Positions 20,115 to 29,846 of a DNA stretch of 64,000 nt are shown piece by piece. Made by a program: the position numbers and the translations under genes. The notes under the pieces are model-generated. The model saw only the letters and a list, made by a program, of their open reading frames with translations, searched no databases and was not told the origin of the DNA. Position 1 is the first letter of the stretch, and every line of letters starts with the position of its first letter. Source of the stretch: an uncultured Gammaproteobacteria bacterium (GTDB lineage: Bacteria; Patescibacteriota; Microgenomatia; UBA8517); NCBI GenBank assembly GCA_964430475.1, contig CAYSEQ010000002.1, positions 7,706-71,705 of the forward strand, in the 5' to 3' direction.

Positions 20115-22097
20115 ATGCCAAAATCAATAAATTTAGGAAACGGTAGGGTTTTGATAGGATTTGATCAATTTGGCCAAGTTAAAGACTTGTACTTCCATTA
20201 TCCTGGACTGGAAAATCATGTTAGTCAGCATTTGACCCATAAAATTGGTTTAATGGTTGATGAACAGTTTAGTTGGATAGACGATGGAAAATGGGAAGTA
20301 AGTGTAGGTTGTCTAAAGGATTCTATGGCATCTAACATAGTTGCAAAGAATGTTTCTCTTGGACTTGAAATGTATTTTACTGATTGCGTTTACAACGAAC
20401 GAAATATATTTGTAAGAGAAATAAGGGTGAAGAATGTTTACGACAGAAGACGATTCATTAAACTTTATTTTAACCAACAGTTTAATATTTCCCAGACAAG
20501 AACAGGAGATACGGCTTATTACGATCCTCGAGATAAGGTAATAATCCATTACAAAGGAAGAAGAGTTTTTTTAGTAAATACTCTTTATGAAGGTAGGGCG
20601 TTCGATGAATATAGTGTGGGACTTTTGGGAATAGAAGGAAAAGATGGTACATATAAGGATGCTGAAGACGGGAAACTTTCGGGAAATCCAATAGAACACG
20701 GTCAAGTAGATTCAGTGGTAGGTGTGGGTTTGGATATTCCAGCAAAAGAAGAAGCTTTAATTTACTATTTTATGTGTATTGGAAAATCCATCGAAAGGGT
20801 GAAAAGATTGAATGAGTATGTTTTGGCTCGTCATCCTAAGGCTATCATAAAGTCGACTATAGATTACTGGAGGGCGTGGGTAACTGCAAGGAATTTCAGT
20901 TTTTATGGGTTAGGACCGCAGATGATAGAACTTTTTAACAAATCTTTAATATTTTTAAGAACACATGTTGGTTATAATGGTTCTATCATTGCATCAGGTG
21001 ATTCAGATCTTTTACAGTATGGAAGAGATACCTATGCGTATGTATGGCCAAGAGATGCTGCTTTCTGTGCGATAGCTTTGGAAAAGGCTGGAGACTTTAA
21101 TGCCAGTAGTCGTTTTTTTAAATTTGCTTCTGAAATTATAACCTCTGAAGGATTTTTTATGCACAAATATAGGCCAGACAAAAGTCTTGGTTCTTCTTGG
21201 CATCCGTGGGTAAGAGAAGGGCAAAAAAATTTTCCAATTCAGGAAGATGAAACTGCAGAAGTAATTTACGCACTTTGGCAACATTATGAGCTTTCGAGAG
21301 ATTTAGAATTTATTGAAAGTGTATATAATGGGCTTATAAAAAAGGCTGCGGATTTTATGGTTTCTTATCGCGATGAAAAAACAGGTTTACCAAAAGCAAG
21401 TTATGACCTTTGGGAACAAGATTACGGAATTCATACATTCACCGCATCCGCAGTTTATGGAGCACTTTTAGCAGCAGCAAAATTTGCTAAGCTTTTAGGA
21501 AAATTAGAAAGCGAGAGAAAGTACATTGATACAGCAGAAAGTATTAAGGAGTCTATCATGAAATATTTGTACGATCGTGAAGAAGGTGTTTTTTATAAAT
21601 ATATTAATACAGAGGGTAAACACCCTCAGATTAATAGGACTTTAGATATGTCTTCAGTTTACGGAATATATAAGTTTCAGGTTTTAGCGGCCGATGATGT
21701 GCTCCTTAAAAGGTGTATCGAAAAAACTGTCTCAAAACTTGAGGTGAAAACTCCAATTGGTGGAATCGCGCGCTATGAGGGTGACGCTTACCATTTTAGA
21801 GGCGGAGATATACCTGGAAATCCTTGGGTTATAACAACAATGTGGTTAGCACAGTATTATATTGAAATTGCTAAAAGTGAATCCGATATGGAACCTGTCA
21901 GACGATTAATTTCGTGGGCGGTCAAAAGGGCAAATAGTGCCGGAATCTTGGCGGAACAATATGATCCTTATACAGGTGAACATATTTCTGCTTCTCCCTT
22001 AGCCTGGAGCCATGCAGAATATGTCACAACGATTATTAACTATCTAGAAAAGTTAGAAAAATTAGGAGTCTGCAAAGCATGTTACCCAATTACATAA
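20115..22097 (+). CDS. Glycoside hydrolase family 15 (glucoamylase / glucodextranase-like)
   Basis: …YVWPRDAAFCAIAL…, …DLWEQDYG… and an (alpha/alpha)6-barrel-type C-terminal region. Confidence 0.75.
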   Translation: MPKSINLGNGRVLIGFDQFGQVKDLYFHYPGLENHVSQHLTHKIGLMVDEQFSWIDDGKWEVSVGCLKDSMASNIVAKNVSLGLEMYFTDCVYNERNIFVREIRVKNVYDRRRFIKLYFNQQFNISQTRTGDTAYYDPRDKVIIHYKGRRVFLVNTLYEGRAFDEYSVGLLGIEGKDGTYKDAEDGKLSGNPIEHGQVDSVVGVGLDIPAKEEALIYYFMCIGKSIERVKRLNEYVLARHPKAIIKSTIDYWRAWVTARNFSFYGLGPQMIELFNKSLIFLRTHVGYNGSIIASGDSDLLQYGRDTYAYVWPRDAAFCAIALEKAGDFNASSRFFKFASEIITSEGFFMHKYRPDKSLGSSWHPWVREGQKNFPIQEDETAEVIYALWQHYELSRDLEFIESVYNGLIKKAADFMVSYRDEKTGLPKASYDLWEQDYGIHTFTASAVYGALLAAAKFAKLLGKLESERKYIDTAESIKESIMKYLYDREEGVFYKYINTEGKHPQINRTLDMSSVYGIYKFQVLAADDVLLKRCIEKTVSKLEVKTPIGGIARYEGDAYHFRGGDIPGNPWVITTMWLAQYYIEIAKSESDMEPVRRLISWAVKRANSAGILAEQYDPYTGEHISASPLAWSHAEYVTTIINYLEKLEKLGVCKACYPIT

Positions 22098-22211
22098 AAT
22101 TTCTATTTGGCAAACTTTAGGGGTTTAAAAAGTTTTAACTTTTCGACTCTTTTTTATATTAAAGTGCTCTAAAAATGTTAACGATTAATATTTTAATTAT
22201 TTCAAAATAAG

Positions 22212-23060
22212 ATGTACATAGTTTTTGACATAGGTGGGACAAGAATGAGGATGGCTACTTCTATTGATGGAGAGAACTTAAATAACTTTAGAATAGTTAG
22301 TACACCGAAACGCTTTGAAGAAGCACTTTTATTAATTAAAGAGTATGTTTCTGGATTAGGTTCATTTTCTCAAGACAACCTTGCCTGTTTTGGCATTCCC
22401 GGTATTTTAAGTAAAGATAAAAGTAGTCTAATTTTTGCTCCTAATTTACCCGATTGGGTAGGAAAGCCGATAAAAGATGACTTGGGAAAGATAATAAACA
22501 CAAAAGAGATTTTTATAGAAAATGATGCAAGTCTCGCCGCACTTGGTGAAGCAAGTAAAGGTGCAGGTAGGGATTATTCGATAGTCGCTTTCTTAACAGT
22601 CGGAACAGGAGTGGGAGGTGCTAGGATTGTGAAGAGATTTATTGATGTTTCGGGTTTTGGTTTTGAGCCTGGGCATCAAATTGTAGATGTAGACAGGACA
22701 ATTGATGAAAAATCAGCTGATTTTGAAGGACTTGTATCAGGGTCGGGTCTACTAAAAAGACTTGGAAAACTTCCTCAGGATATTAAGGATAAAAACGTTT
22801 GGGAGGAGGTTGAAAAATTATTGGCTGTGGGTTTTTATAACACGATTCTTTTTTGGTCGCCAGAGGTTTTGGTTGTAGGAGGTGGAATATTCGAAAATTC
22901 GTATCTTTCTTTAGACAGAATAAAACTTCTTACACAAAATCTTTTAAAGAATCTTTCAGTGATGCCTGAAATTAAAAAGGGGGAGTTGGGTGATAAGGCA
23001 GGTTTGGTGGGTGGATTGGTTTATATAAAACAGAAATTTAGTCAACTAACGGAGGATTGA
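22212..23060 (+). CDS. ROK-family sugar kinase (glucokinase-like)
   Basis: N-terminal …VFDIGGTRMRMA… actin-fold ATPase motif. …DASLAALGE… and GxGxGG motifs. Confidence 0.7.
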   Translation: MYIVFDIGGTRMRMATSIDGENLNNFRIVSTPKRFEEALLLIKEYVSGLGSFSQDNLACFGIPGILSKDKSSLIFAPNLPDWVGKPIKDDLGKIINTKEIFIENDASLAALGEASKGAGRDYSIVAFLTVGTGVGGARIVKRFIDVSGFGFEPGHQIVDVDRTIDEKSADFEGLVSGSGLLKRLGKLPQDIKDKNVWEEVEKLLAVGFYNTILFWSPEVLVVGGGIFENSYLSLDRIKLLTQNLLKNLSVMPEIKKGELGDKAGLVGGLVYIKQKFSQLTED

Positions 23061-23315
23061 ATGATTAGTCGTTAAAAATTTTAATTTCTTAATCCTAATT
23101 TCTGATTTTTTAACTTCCAATTTTTTTAAACGCAATCATTTATTCATGCACATAGAATCAAAAGCTACCTGTAAATTGCTACATATGATTCTAAGATTTG
23201 GAAATGTTTAGATTTTTTAAAAATTTGATTTTGAATGAAAGATTCTGTCTTGCCTAATGAAAGTCCTTCCCTATAATAAATTCTTTAGAAAACACAAGTT
23301 TCTTAAATTCAAATA

Positions 23316-23345
23316 GTTGACAGATAAATGGTTATAAGATTATAC
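23316..23345 (+). promoter_or_regulatory. Sigma70-like promoter (TTGACA-N17/18-TATACT) ahead of the 23356 gene
   Basis: ttgacagataaatggttataagattatact lies directly upstream of the ATG. It implies a very short leader. Confidence 0.4.
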
Positions 23346-23355
23346 TCACGAAAAG

Positions 23356-24006
23356 ATGGAAGAAGAAAAAAATCTTCAGTCAGAGACAACACAGGAAACC
23401 GGATCTGAGCTTTCAAAAAAGACTGTGGGATTTCCTGAATTAAAAAAAGATAGAGGAAATCTAGCGAAGGTATTGTTTCTTATTATTGTGGGTATTTTGA
23501 TTTTGGTGGTTGGGATAAATTTACTAAAAACAAAGGGTGTAAAGTTAAGTCTTTCACCTACACCCACCTTGCAGCCTACTCCTTCACCTTATTTTGTAGC
23601 CTCGCCTACCCCAACCGTCGAGGTTAGCAGGGAAAGGATAAGAATTCAAGTATTGAATGGTACTAACATTCCTCAACAAGCAGCCAAGGTTAAGGGTGAA
23701 CTCGAGAGGTTGGGTTATTCGGATATCGAAATAGGAAATGCCGAGAGCCAAAATTATACGATCACCCAGGTAACATTTTCTCCAGATGTACATCAACTCT
23801 TAAAAGATGAAATTTTGCAAAAGCTTGAAAGTCTTTACGCTGAAGTTAAAGTAAATACATCCGCTATCAGGGGTTTTGATATCCAAATAATTACTGGTTA
23901 TCCAAAGGGTTATTCAACCCCTACACCTACAACTTTAGCCTCTCCTACGCCTACAGAATCTATGGAAAGCAACACTTCAACACCCACTCCTTCGCCTAGT
24001 CAATAA
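23356..24006 (+). CDS. Membrane-anchored LytR_C (LytR/CpsA/Psr C-terminal) domain protein with Pro/Thr linkers
   Basis: One TM. …IRIQVLNGTNIPQQAAKVKGELERLGYSDIEIGNAE… LytR_C signature. PTPT low-complexity segments. Confidence 0.6.
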   Translation: MEEEKNLQSETTQETGSELSKKTVGFPELKKDRGNLAKVLFLIIVGILILVVGINLLKTKGVKLSLSPTPTLQPTPSPYFVASPTPTVEVSRERIRIQVLNGTNIPQQAAKVKGELERLGYSDIEIGNAESQNYTITQVTFSPDVHQLLKDEILQKLESLYAEVKVNTSAIRGFDIQIITGYPKGYSTPTPTTLASPTPTESMESNTSTPTPSPSQ

Positions 24007-24035
24007 AAGTAAAGTATATTTATAATTTAAACGCT

Positions 24036-25124
24036 GTGCCTAGATATTTTTACACGAGAAACGGATTAAAACTTAGTTTGCCCCTTTTTTTCCCAGATGC
24101 AACCAGGGGATTTATAAAAACTGTTGATTTTCAGGATGTTGAAAATGCGGGAATCAGCGGGGTTTTGGTTAATACTTATCACCTTTATAAAGAATTGGGT
24201 TTAGAACTTATAAGACATTTTGGGGGGATTAGGGAGTTTGTCGGATGGAAGGGAGCGGTTATATCAGATTCAGGTGGATTTCAGGTAGAAAGTGTTGTCA
24301 AAAAGCAGGGTCAGGGATCAGTCGAAGATTATGGTATCAAGTTTAAGCTTAGAGATGGAAAAAGTTTTATATTTACCCCGGAGAGATCTATCCAGATTCA
24401 AATGGATTTAAATACTGACCTTGTTGTTGTTTTAGATGACTTCACACCGAGTAACGCAAGTTATTCAGAAGCAGAGGAAAGTGTAGCAAGAACTATAAGT
24501 TGGGCAAAGCGGTCTAAGGATGAATTCTTAAGATTGTGTAAGAAAAGGAAGTTAAGAGATAAAGATCGGCCGTATATCATTGGAGTTGTCCAAGGAGGTA
24601 AATATTTGGATTTGAGAAGAAAGTGCCTAGAAGCATTGTTGGAGATTGGTTTTGATGGGCTTGGATACGGTGGTTGGCCGATTAATGAAGAAGGAGTTTT
24701 TGACTATGAAGTTGCAAGGCTAATTTCAAGGGATCTACCAAAAGGATATTTTCTTTATGGACTAGGGGTTGGAAAGCCAGATGACATAGTAGAGTGTTTT
24801 AAATTAGGATATACGATTTTTGATTGCGTTCTTCCCACTCGTGATGCTAGACACAGGAGATTGTATGTTTTTAATGCACCCTCTATGGATAAGATTGATT
24901 TGAATGATAATAGGTTTTACTCATACTATGTTCCTGATCGCGAAAAATATTTAAAAGATAAGGGTAAGGTAAGTAGTGCCTGTGACTGTCTTCTTTGCAA
25001 AAATTATTCAAGAGGCTATCTTGCATATCTTTTTCAATTAAAGGAATCTTCAGCTCTTAGACTTTCAACGATTCATAACCTGCGATTTTACTCAATTTTG
25101 ATGGAGAAACTTCGAAGCTTGTAG
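24036..25124 (+). CDS. tgt: Queuine tRNA-ribosyltransferase (tRNA-guanine transglycosylase)
   Basis: …VNTYHLY…, …LGVGKPDD…, Zn site CDCLLCKNYSRGYLAYL…H. GTG start. Confidence 0.85.
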   Translation: MPRYFYTRNGLKLSLPLFFPDATRGFIKTVDFQDVENAGISGVLVNTYHLYKELGLELIRHFGGIREFVGWKGAVISDSGGFQVESVVKKQGQGSVEDYGIKFKLRDGKSFIFTPERSIQIQMDLNTDLVVVLDDFTPSNASYSEAEESVARTISWAKRSKDEFLRLCKKRKLRDKDRPYIIGVVQGGKYLDLRRKCLEALLEIGFDGLGYGGWPINEEGVFDYEVARLISRDLPKGYFLYGLGVGKPDDIVECFKLGYTIFDCVLPTRDARHRRLYVFNAPSMDKIDLNDNRFYSYYVPDREKYLKDKGKVSSACDCLLCKNYSRGYLAYLFQLKESSALRLSTIHNLRFYSILMEKLRSL

Positions 25125-25147
25125 TAATTTCGTGGTATTATGAATCG

Positions 25148-25621
25148 ATGGACCTTACGAGTATCTTTCAATTTCTAAATAAATCTATCGGGGTTTTTAA
25201 TATTAGAGGCATATCAATAGAACCTACTTACTGGATGGCGGGCACAATTATCTTTCTGGCTTTTCTTTTACTTCTTACTTTAGCACGGCTTAGATATCTT
25301 TATATTCATTGGTCTCTTAATCGGCCTGCACTCTCCTTTTTGTTTTATGGATTTTTACTCGCTTTGATTTTAGAAGGTTTTTTTATAATTGGTGGCAAAA
25401 CTATTCTTACTGAGATTATAGGCTGGAAGAATGCGCCCAAACCTATAAGTACACTTCTTGATCTAGGGAGAGAAAAGCTAGTTCAGGTATTGGGTGTCAG
25501 CCAGGAAATACCTTCCTCGATTGCTAAAGAGGAACCCACCCTTCAAACGATACTAGAGAATTACCAAAAATTATCTACCTCCGATAGGATGAAGGTTCAG
25601 GATACTATCTGCAAACCTTAA
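25148..25621 (+). CDS. Hypothetical membrane protein (2-3 TM)
   Basis: ORF with hydrophobic helices. No recognisable motif. Confidence 0.4.
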   Translation: MDLTSIFQFLNKSIGVFNIRGISIEPTYWMAGTIIFLAFLLLLTLARLRYLYIHWSLNRPALSFLFYGFLLALILEGFFIIGGKTILTEIIGWKNAPKPISTLLDLGREKLVQVLGVSQEIPSSIAKEEPTLQTILENYQKLSTSDRMKVQDTICKP

Positions 25622-25718
25622 AGTAGAGATTGTTCGCTTAAAGAATTTTCATTTAGATTTACTTAGAAACTCGATTTAAAATTTAATAAAACATTTAGTG
25701 ATATACTTCAATTAAATT

Positions 25719-26804
25719 ATGCAGGATACAAAACGTCATTTAGAAAAACTTTTTGAGCGTTTTGAGTCTGTGGAAAAATTTCTAAATTTAGAAGAGAAAA
25801 AATATAGGTTAAAGGAACTAGAAGCTGTTTCAAGCGACCCCGCTTTTTGGAGCGATAAAGAAAAAGCAAAGAATTTGATGCAGGAATTAGGAGATTTAAA
25901 GAAAGAAGTCGAGGAGGTGGAAAATCTGAAAAATGACTTGAAATTACTTTTGGAATTAACAGAAAAAGGGGAGTCTTACGAAGATTTTTTAGATGAAATT
26001 GAAAGTATAGAGAAAAAACTTACTAAAATTGAGCTTGAGACGCTCCTTTCAGGTCCCTACGATTTTAAAAACGCGATAGTTTCTATCCATGCTGGGCAAG
26101 GCGGTACTGAAGCGATGGACTGGGCAAGTATGCTTTATAGGATGTATTTGAGATATTCTGAAAGGAAAGGTTGGGAGACAGAGATCTTAGATTTTTCTCC
26201 TGGTGAGGAGGCGGGTTTAAAAAGTGTAACTTTTAGAGTAAGGGGTAGATACGCTTATGGTTATCTGAAAAGTGAAGCTGGAACACATAGATTAGTAAGA
26301 CAGTCTCCCTTCAACGCAGATAAGTTGAGGCATACCTCATTTGCTTTAGTAGAGGTGTTGCCGGAGCTTGAAGAAAAAGACTTTCCCCAATACGAGATTA
26401 AAGAAGAAGATTTGGAATGGCAGTTTTTCAGGGCCTCTTCCCAAGGAGGGCAAAATGTACAAAAGGTTTCAACCGCAGTAAGGCTTAGACATAAACCAAC
26501 CGATATTGTGGTAACCGCGCAAAGCCAGCGTTATCAGGAACAAAATAGAAAGATCGCTTTAGACCTACTTCGTTCCAAACTTTGGGCTAGAGAAGAAGCG
26601 ATGAAAGAGAAAAAAGTAAAGGAGTTAAAGGGAGAATATCATCCGCCATCTTGGGGAACACAGATTCGCTCTTATGTGCTTCATCCTTATAAGATGGTAA
26701 AAGACTTAAGAACTAATATTGAGGTTTCAAACCCCGAGTCCGTTTTGGATGGAGATTTAGACCCCTTTATTGAGGCAACCCTGAGAAAGTTTGGAAGTAA
26801 GTAA
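25719..26804 (+). CDS. prfB: Peptide chain release factor 2, encoded in a single frame with no programmed +1 frameshift
   Basis: SPF tripeptide (…RQSPFNAD…). GGQ motif (…SSQGGQNVQKVSTAVRL…). Continuous ORF. Confidence 0.9.
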   Translation: MQDTKRHLEKLFERFESVEKFLNLEEKKYRLKELEAVSSDPAFWSDKEKAKNLMQELGDLKKEVEEVENLKNDLKLLLELTEKGESYEDFLDEIESIEKKLTKIELETLLSGPYDFKNAIVSIHAGQGGTEAMDWASMLYRMYLRYSERKGWETEILDFSPGEEAGLKSVTFRVRGRYAYGYLKSEAGTHRLVRQSPFNADKLRHTSFALVEVLPELEEKDFPQYEIKEEDLEWQFFRASSQGGQNVQKVSTAVRLRHKPTDIVVTAQSQRYQEQNRKIALDLLRSKLWAREEAMKEKKVKELKGEYHPPSWGTQIRSYVLHPYKMVKDLRTNIEVSNPESVLDGDLDPFIEATLRKFGSK

Positions 26805-26960
26805 ATTTTTAAATTAAGGTAGGAGGTGGGATTTCCGGTCTCTTAAACTCTACATTGAAATTTCATAGGTTTTCTAGGTAATTTATAAAACTTTGCATTA
26901 AGGTTGTGTTAAGAAATCCTTTTTTATTTTTGTGTATGAAAAAATAGGGCAATTTTGAGG

Positions 26961-27464
26961 TTACCACTTTGGAAATGGCGAAGATTTGGGGCTATCAATA
27001 AGGATTCCGGGGAAAAGGATATTTATAAGCTCAATTGTTTTATAACCTATTTGAATTTTTTCTTTATCATTTCCTCGTTGTTTTTCTGCCTCTATTAGCG
27101 CAGAGATTGCGAATCTATTCCAGTTTACAAGATCGGCTTTGGTGACTAAACTTTCGTCTACTTTTTCTTTTTCAGTGGTGGCTAAGAGTTTAGCAATTCT
27201 TGAGATCTCAAAATGTTTTTCCGAAAGACTTATTCCTGTATTTGGTAGAAAAATAAGTGAGACTACTTCCCAAGCTTCTAAGCCCTTAGTTTTGGAGTAT
27301 TCAAAAAGAAACCTCCACTTTGGATTTGTTTGTGCGAATTCATTAGCTAAGGCATTTAAAATCTTTTTTCTTGTCTTAATATTAGTTTTTTCTTTAATAG
27401 GACTAATTTGCTTATGCATGACTAAGATTATATCAAAATTATTTAAATATTGATCTTTAGACAC
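26961..27464 (-). CDS. Hypothetical protein
   Basis: 167-aa ORF with no recognisable motifs. Confidence 0.35.
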   Translation of the reverse strand: MSKDQYLNNFDIILVMHKQISPIKEKTNIKTRKKILNALANEFAQTNPKWRFLFEYSKTKGLEAWEVVSLIFLPNTGISLSEKHFEISRIAKLLATTEKEKVDESLVTKADLVNWNRFAISALIEAEKQRGNDKEKIQIGYKTIELINILFPGILIDSPKSSPFPKW

Positions 27465-27635
27465 CTTGAACGCAGTAAAATACTTAACAGGTTTATCATC
27501 TATTTTACTTTTGAGGATGTGTACTTTAGGTATTTTAGGGTAAAATTAGAAGTTGAAAAGAACCCTTTAAAAAAAAGATGTTCTTGTTAGTGAATTAAAA
27601 AAATGCTATAAACTTCTTAACTAGAACTTTTTAAC

Positions 27636-28127
27636 ATGGACAACCAACAACAAGAAATTTTGTCAGCACAAAAAACCTCTTCCGGCGGAATTCTAAAAAG
27701 TTTTCCTAAGAATCGATTAGGACCTAAATTATTAAGTATTATTGCCTCATTTATCGTTGTCGCCTTTGGTATTGTTAGTGGTTGGGTGCTTGCTGAAAAG
27801 GTTACCGGAAAAAAATCTCAGAGTACCGTACAACAAAGCCAAACGGATTCAAAGGTTGGTGAGTCCCAAATGCAGGCTGGAATTGAGGATGAATCCATCT
27901 TTGAGAAACAAGCTCCTGAAGGGATACTCGTCAGAGGAGGGATAGATGGTGAAGGGACACATCATTTGGAACGTCCAGGCGGGCCGTCGCAAAATGTCTA
28001 CCTTACTTCAACAGTGATTGATTTAGACAGTTTTGTTGGGAAAAAGGTAAAAGTATGGGGTAATACGATTTCAGGAGTCAAGGCAGGATGGCTGATGGAT
28101 GTTGGTAAAATCAAAGTCATCCAGTAG
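27636..28127 (+). CDS. Hypothetical membrane-anchored protein
   Basis: One N-terminal TM (…LLSIIASFIVVAFGIVSGWVLA…). C-terminal beta-rich domain. Confidence 0.4.
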   Translation: MDNQQQEILSAQKTSSGGILKSFPKNRLGPKLLSIIASFIVVAFGIVSGWVLAEKVTGKKSQSTVQQSQTDSKVGESQMQAGIEDESIFEKQAPEGILVRGGIDGEGTHHLERPGGPSQNVYLTSTVIDLDSFVGKKVKVWGNTISGVKAGWLMDVGKIKVIQ

Positions 28128-28232
28128 TTAAAGTTTTCTTCTTGTAGATTCAAGGTAGAAATTTTAAAAAGATTCTAGCCAAAACCTTTACTATCTGATA
28201 AGCTACTCTTTAAGAGATATTACTGTCCTTAG

Positions 28233-28919
28233 ATGTTAGAGTTTAAAAATGTCACCAAAAGATTTGGCAAGATTACCGCACTTCAAGATGTAAGTTTTCG
28301 AATTGAAGATGGGGAATTTGTATTTGTGGTCGGGTCATCTGGTGCTGGAAAAACTACCCTTATTCGATTGATATTAAGAGAGGTTGTTCCGGATAGTGGC
28401 GAGATTTTACTAGATGATACCCTTTACTCTACACTTAAAAATAAAGACATACCAAAACTCCGCCAAAAAATTGGAGTTGTGTTTCAAGATTTCAAGTTGA
28501 TTCCCGAGAAAACCGTTTCAGAAAACATAGAGGTGGCGTTGGCGGTGATAGGTGTTTCTCAGACTGAGTGGAGAGAACGGGTCGAACATGTATTAAAACT
28601 GGTGGATCTTTCCGATCGTATAGATTTTTTCCCCTCCCAGCTTTCTGGCGGAGAATTACAGAGAGTTGCTATGGCGAGGGCGCTGGTGGTAAACCCCAGC
28701 ATTATTTTAGCTGACGAACCGACAGGGAATTTAGATTGGGAAACAGCAGACCGAATAGTCGAACTTTTTGACAAGATTCATAAAGAAGGAAAAACTATCT
28801 TGATGGCCACGCACAACAGACACATAGTTGATAAAATGGGTAAACGTGTTATTGAATTAAGTCAAGGGAAACTTGTTAGCGACAGTAAGGGGAAAAAGAT
28901 GTATCAACCACGAAAATGA
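28233..28919 (+). CDS. ftsE: Cell division ATP-binding protein FtsE
   Basis: Walker A GSSGAGKTT, LSGGELQRVAMARAL, Walker B ILADEPTGNLD. 228 aa. Overlaps ftsX by 4 nt. Confidence 0.9.
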   Translation: MLEFKNVTKRFGKITALQDVSFRIEDGEFVFVVGSSGAGKTTLIRLILREVVPDSGEILLDDTLYSTLKNKDIPKLRQKIGVVFQDFKLIPEKTVSENIEVALAVIGVSQTEWRERVEHVLKLVDLSDRIDFFPSQLSGGELQRVAMARALVVNPSIILADEPTGNLDWETADRIVELFDKIHKEGKTILMATHNRHIVDKMGKRVIELSQGKLVSDSKGKKMYQPRK

Positions 28920-29830
28920 ATATCCATCTAAAAACAGCTTTTCAGCATATAAGAAGGGCTCCTTTTCAGGCACTTGCCGCGATCTTTGTTTTGGGAATAA
29001 CCTTTTTCGTAATTACTGTGCTTTTAGTAGTTGTTTATTCTTCCGAGAAAGCAATAAAGTACTTTGAAACAAGGCCGCAAGTTATAGCATTTCTTAAAGA
29101 TGATGTAAAAGAGGAAGAACTTTCAAGACTTCAGCAGAAGCTCTCGCGCGACCCGAGAGTTGCCAATGTAAACTTTGTTTCTAAAGAAGAGGCAGTTGAG
29201 ATTTATAAAAAAGCAACCAGTGATAATCCTCTTCTTTCTGAACTGGTCAGCCCGGCAATTTTTCCGGCAAGTTTGGAATTTTCTTTAGTAGATTTGTCTT
29301 ATGCTCAGGAAGTTATTGACGAGTTAAAAAAAGAAGATGTGGTGGATTCTGTAGGTTTTACAGCAAGTTTGGGAGGGGAAGAGTCATTAGTTGATGTGGT
29401 TAATAGGCTTAGGAGGTTTACTTATTATATAAGGTTAGGCGGAGGCATATTTAGTGTTTTCCTTACCACCACCTCATTTCTTGTGCTGATTGTGATAATC
29501 GGCATGCGCATGACAGCAAGACGCGGCGAGATAGAAATATTGGATCTGATTGGTGCAACCAGAGGTTTTATTAGAAGCCCGATAATTTTTGAGGCAATGA
29601 TTTATACGGTTGTAGGGGTTTTGAGTGGATGGCTCAGTGCATTTTTGATTATTCTTTATTCCGCACCATCCCTTATTAAATATTTCGGGGAGATTCCTAT
29701 TCTCCCGCGAGATGCTCTTGGACTTTTTTCTCTTTTTGGTTTGGCACTTTTTGCTGAAATTTTAGTAGGCATTTTGCTTGCACTTCTTGGGAGTATTTTG
29801 GCTGTATCACGGGTGAAATCTATAAAATAA
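28916..29830 (+). CDS. ftsX: Cell division permease FtsX
   Basis: TM1, a large periplasmic loop, then three C-terminal TM helices. Position after ftsE. Confidence 0.85.
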   Translation: MNIHLKTAFQHIRRAPFQALAAIFVLGITFFVITVLLVVVYSSEKAIKYFETRPQVIAFLKDDVKEEELSRLQQKLSRDPRVANVNFVSKEEAVEIYKKATSDNPLLSELVSPAIFPASLEFSLVDLSYAQEVIDELKKEDVVDSVGFTASLGGEESLVDVVNRLRRFTYYIRLGGGIFSVFLTTTSFLVLIVIIGMRMTARRGEIEILDLIGATRGFIRSPIIFEAMIYTVVGVLSGWLSAFLIILYSAPSLIKYFGEIPILPRDALGLFSLFGLALFAEILVGILLALLGSILAVSRVKSIK

Positions 29831-29846
29831 CGTCCCACGCCTTGGG

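Noticed and set aside
25719-26804. Expected programmed +1 frameshift in prfB
   Set aside because: The gene is a single uninterrupted ORF with no internal UGA. A minority of bacteria encode RF2 in-frame, so this needs no special explanation.
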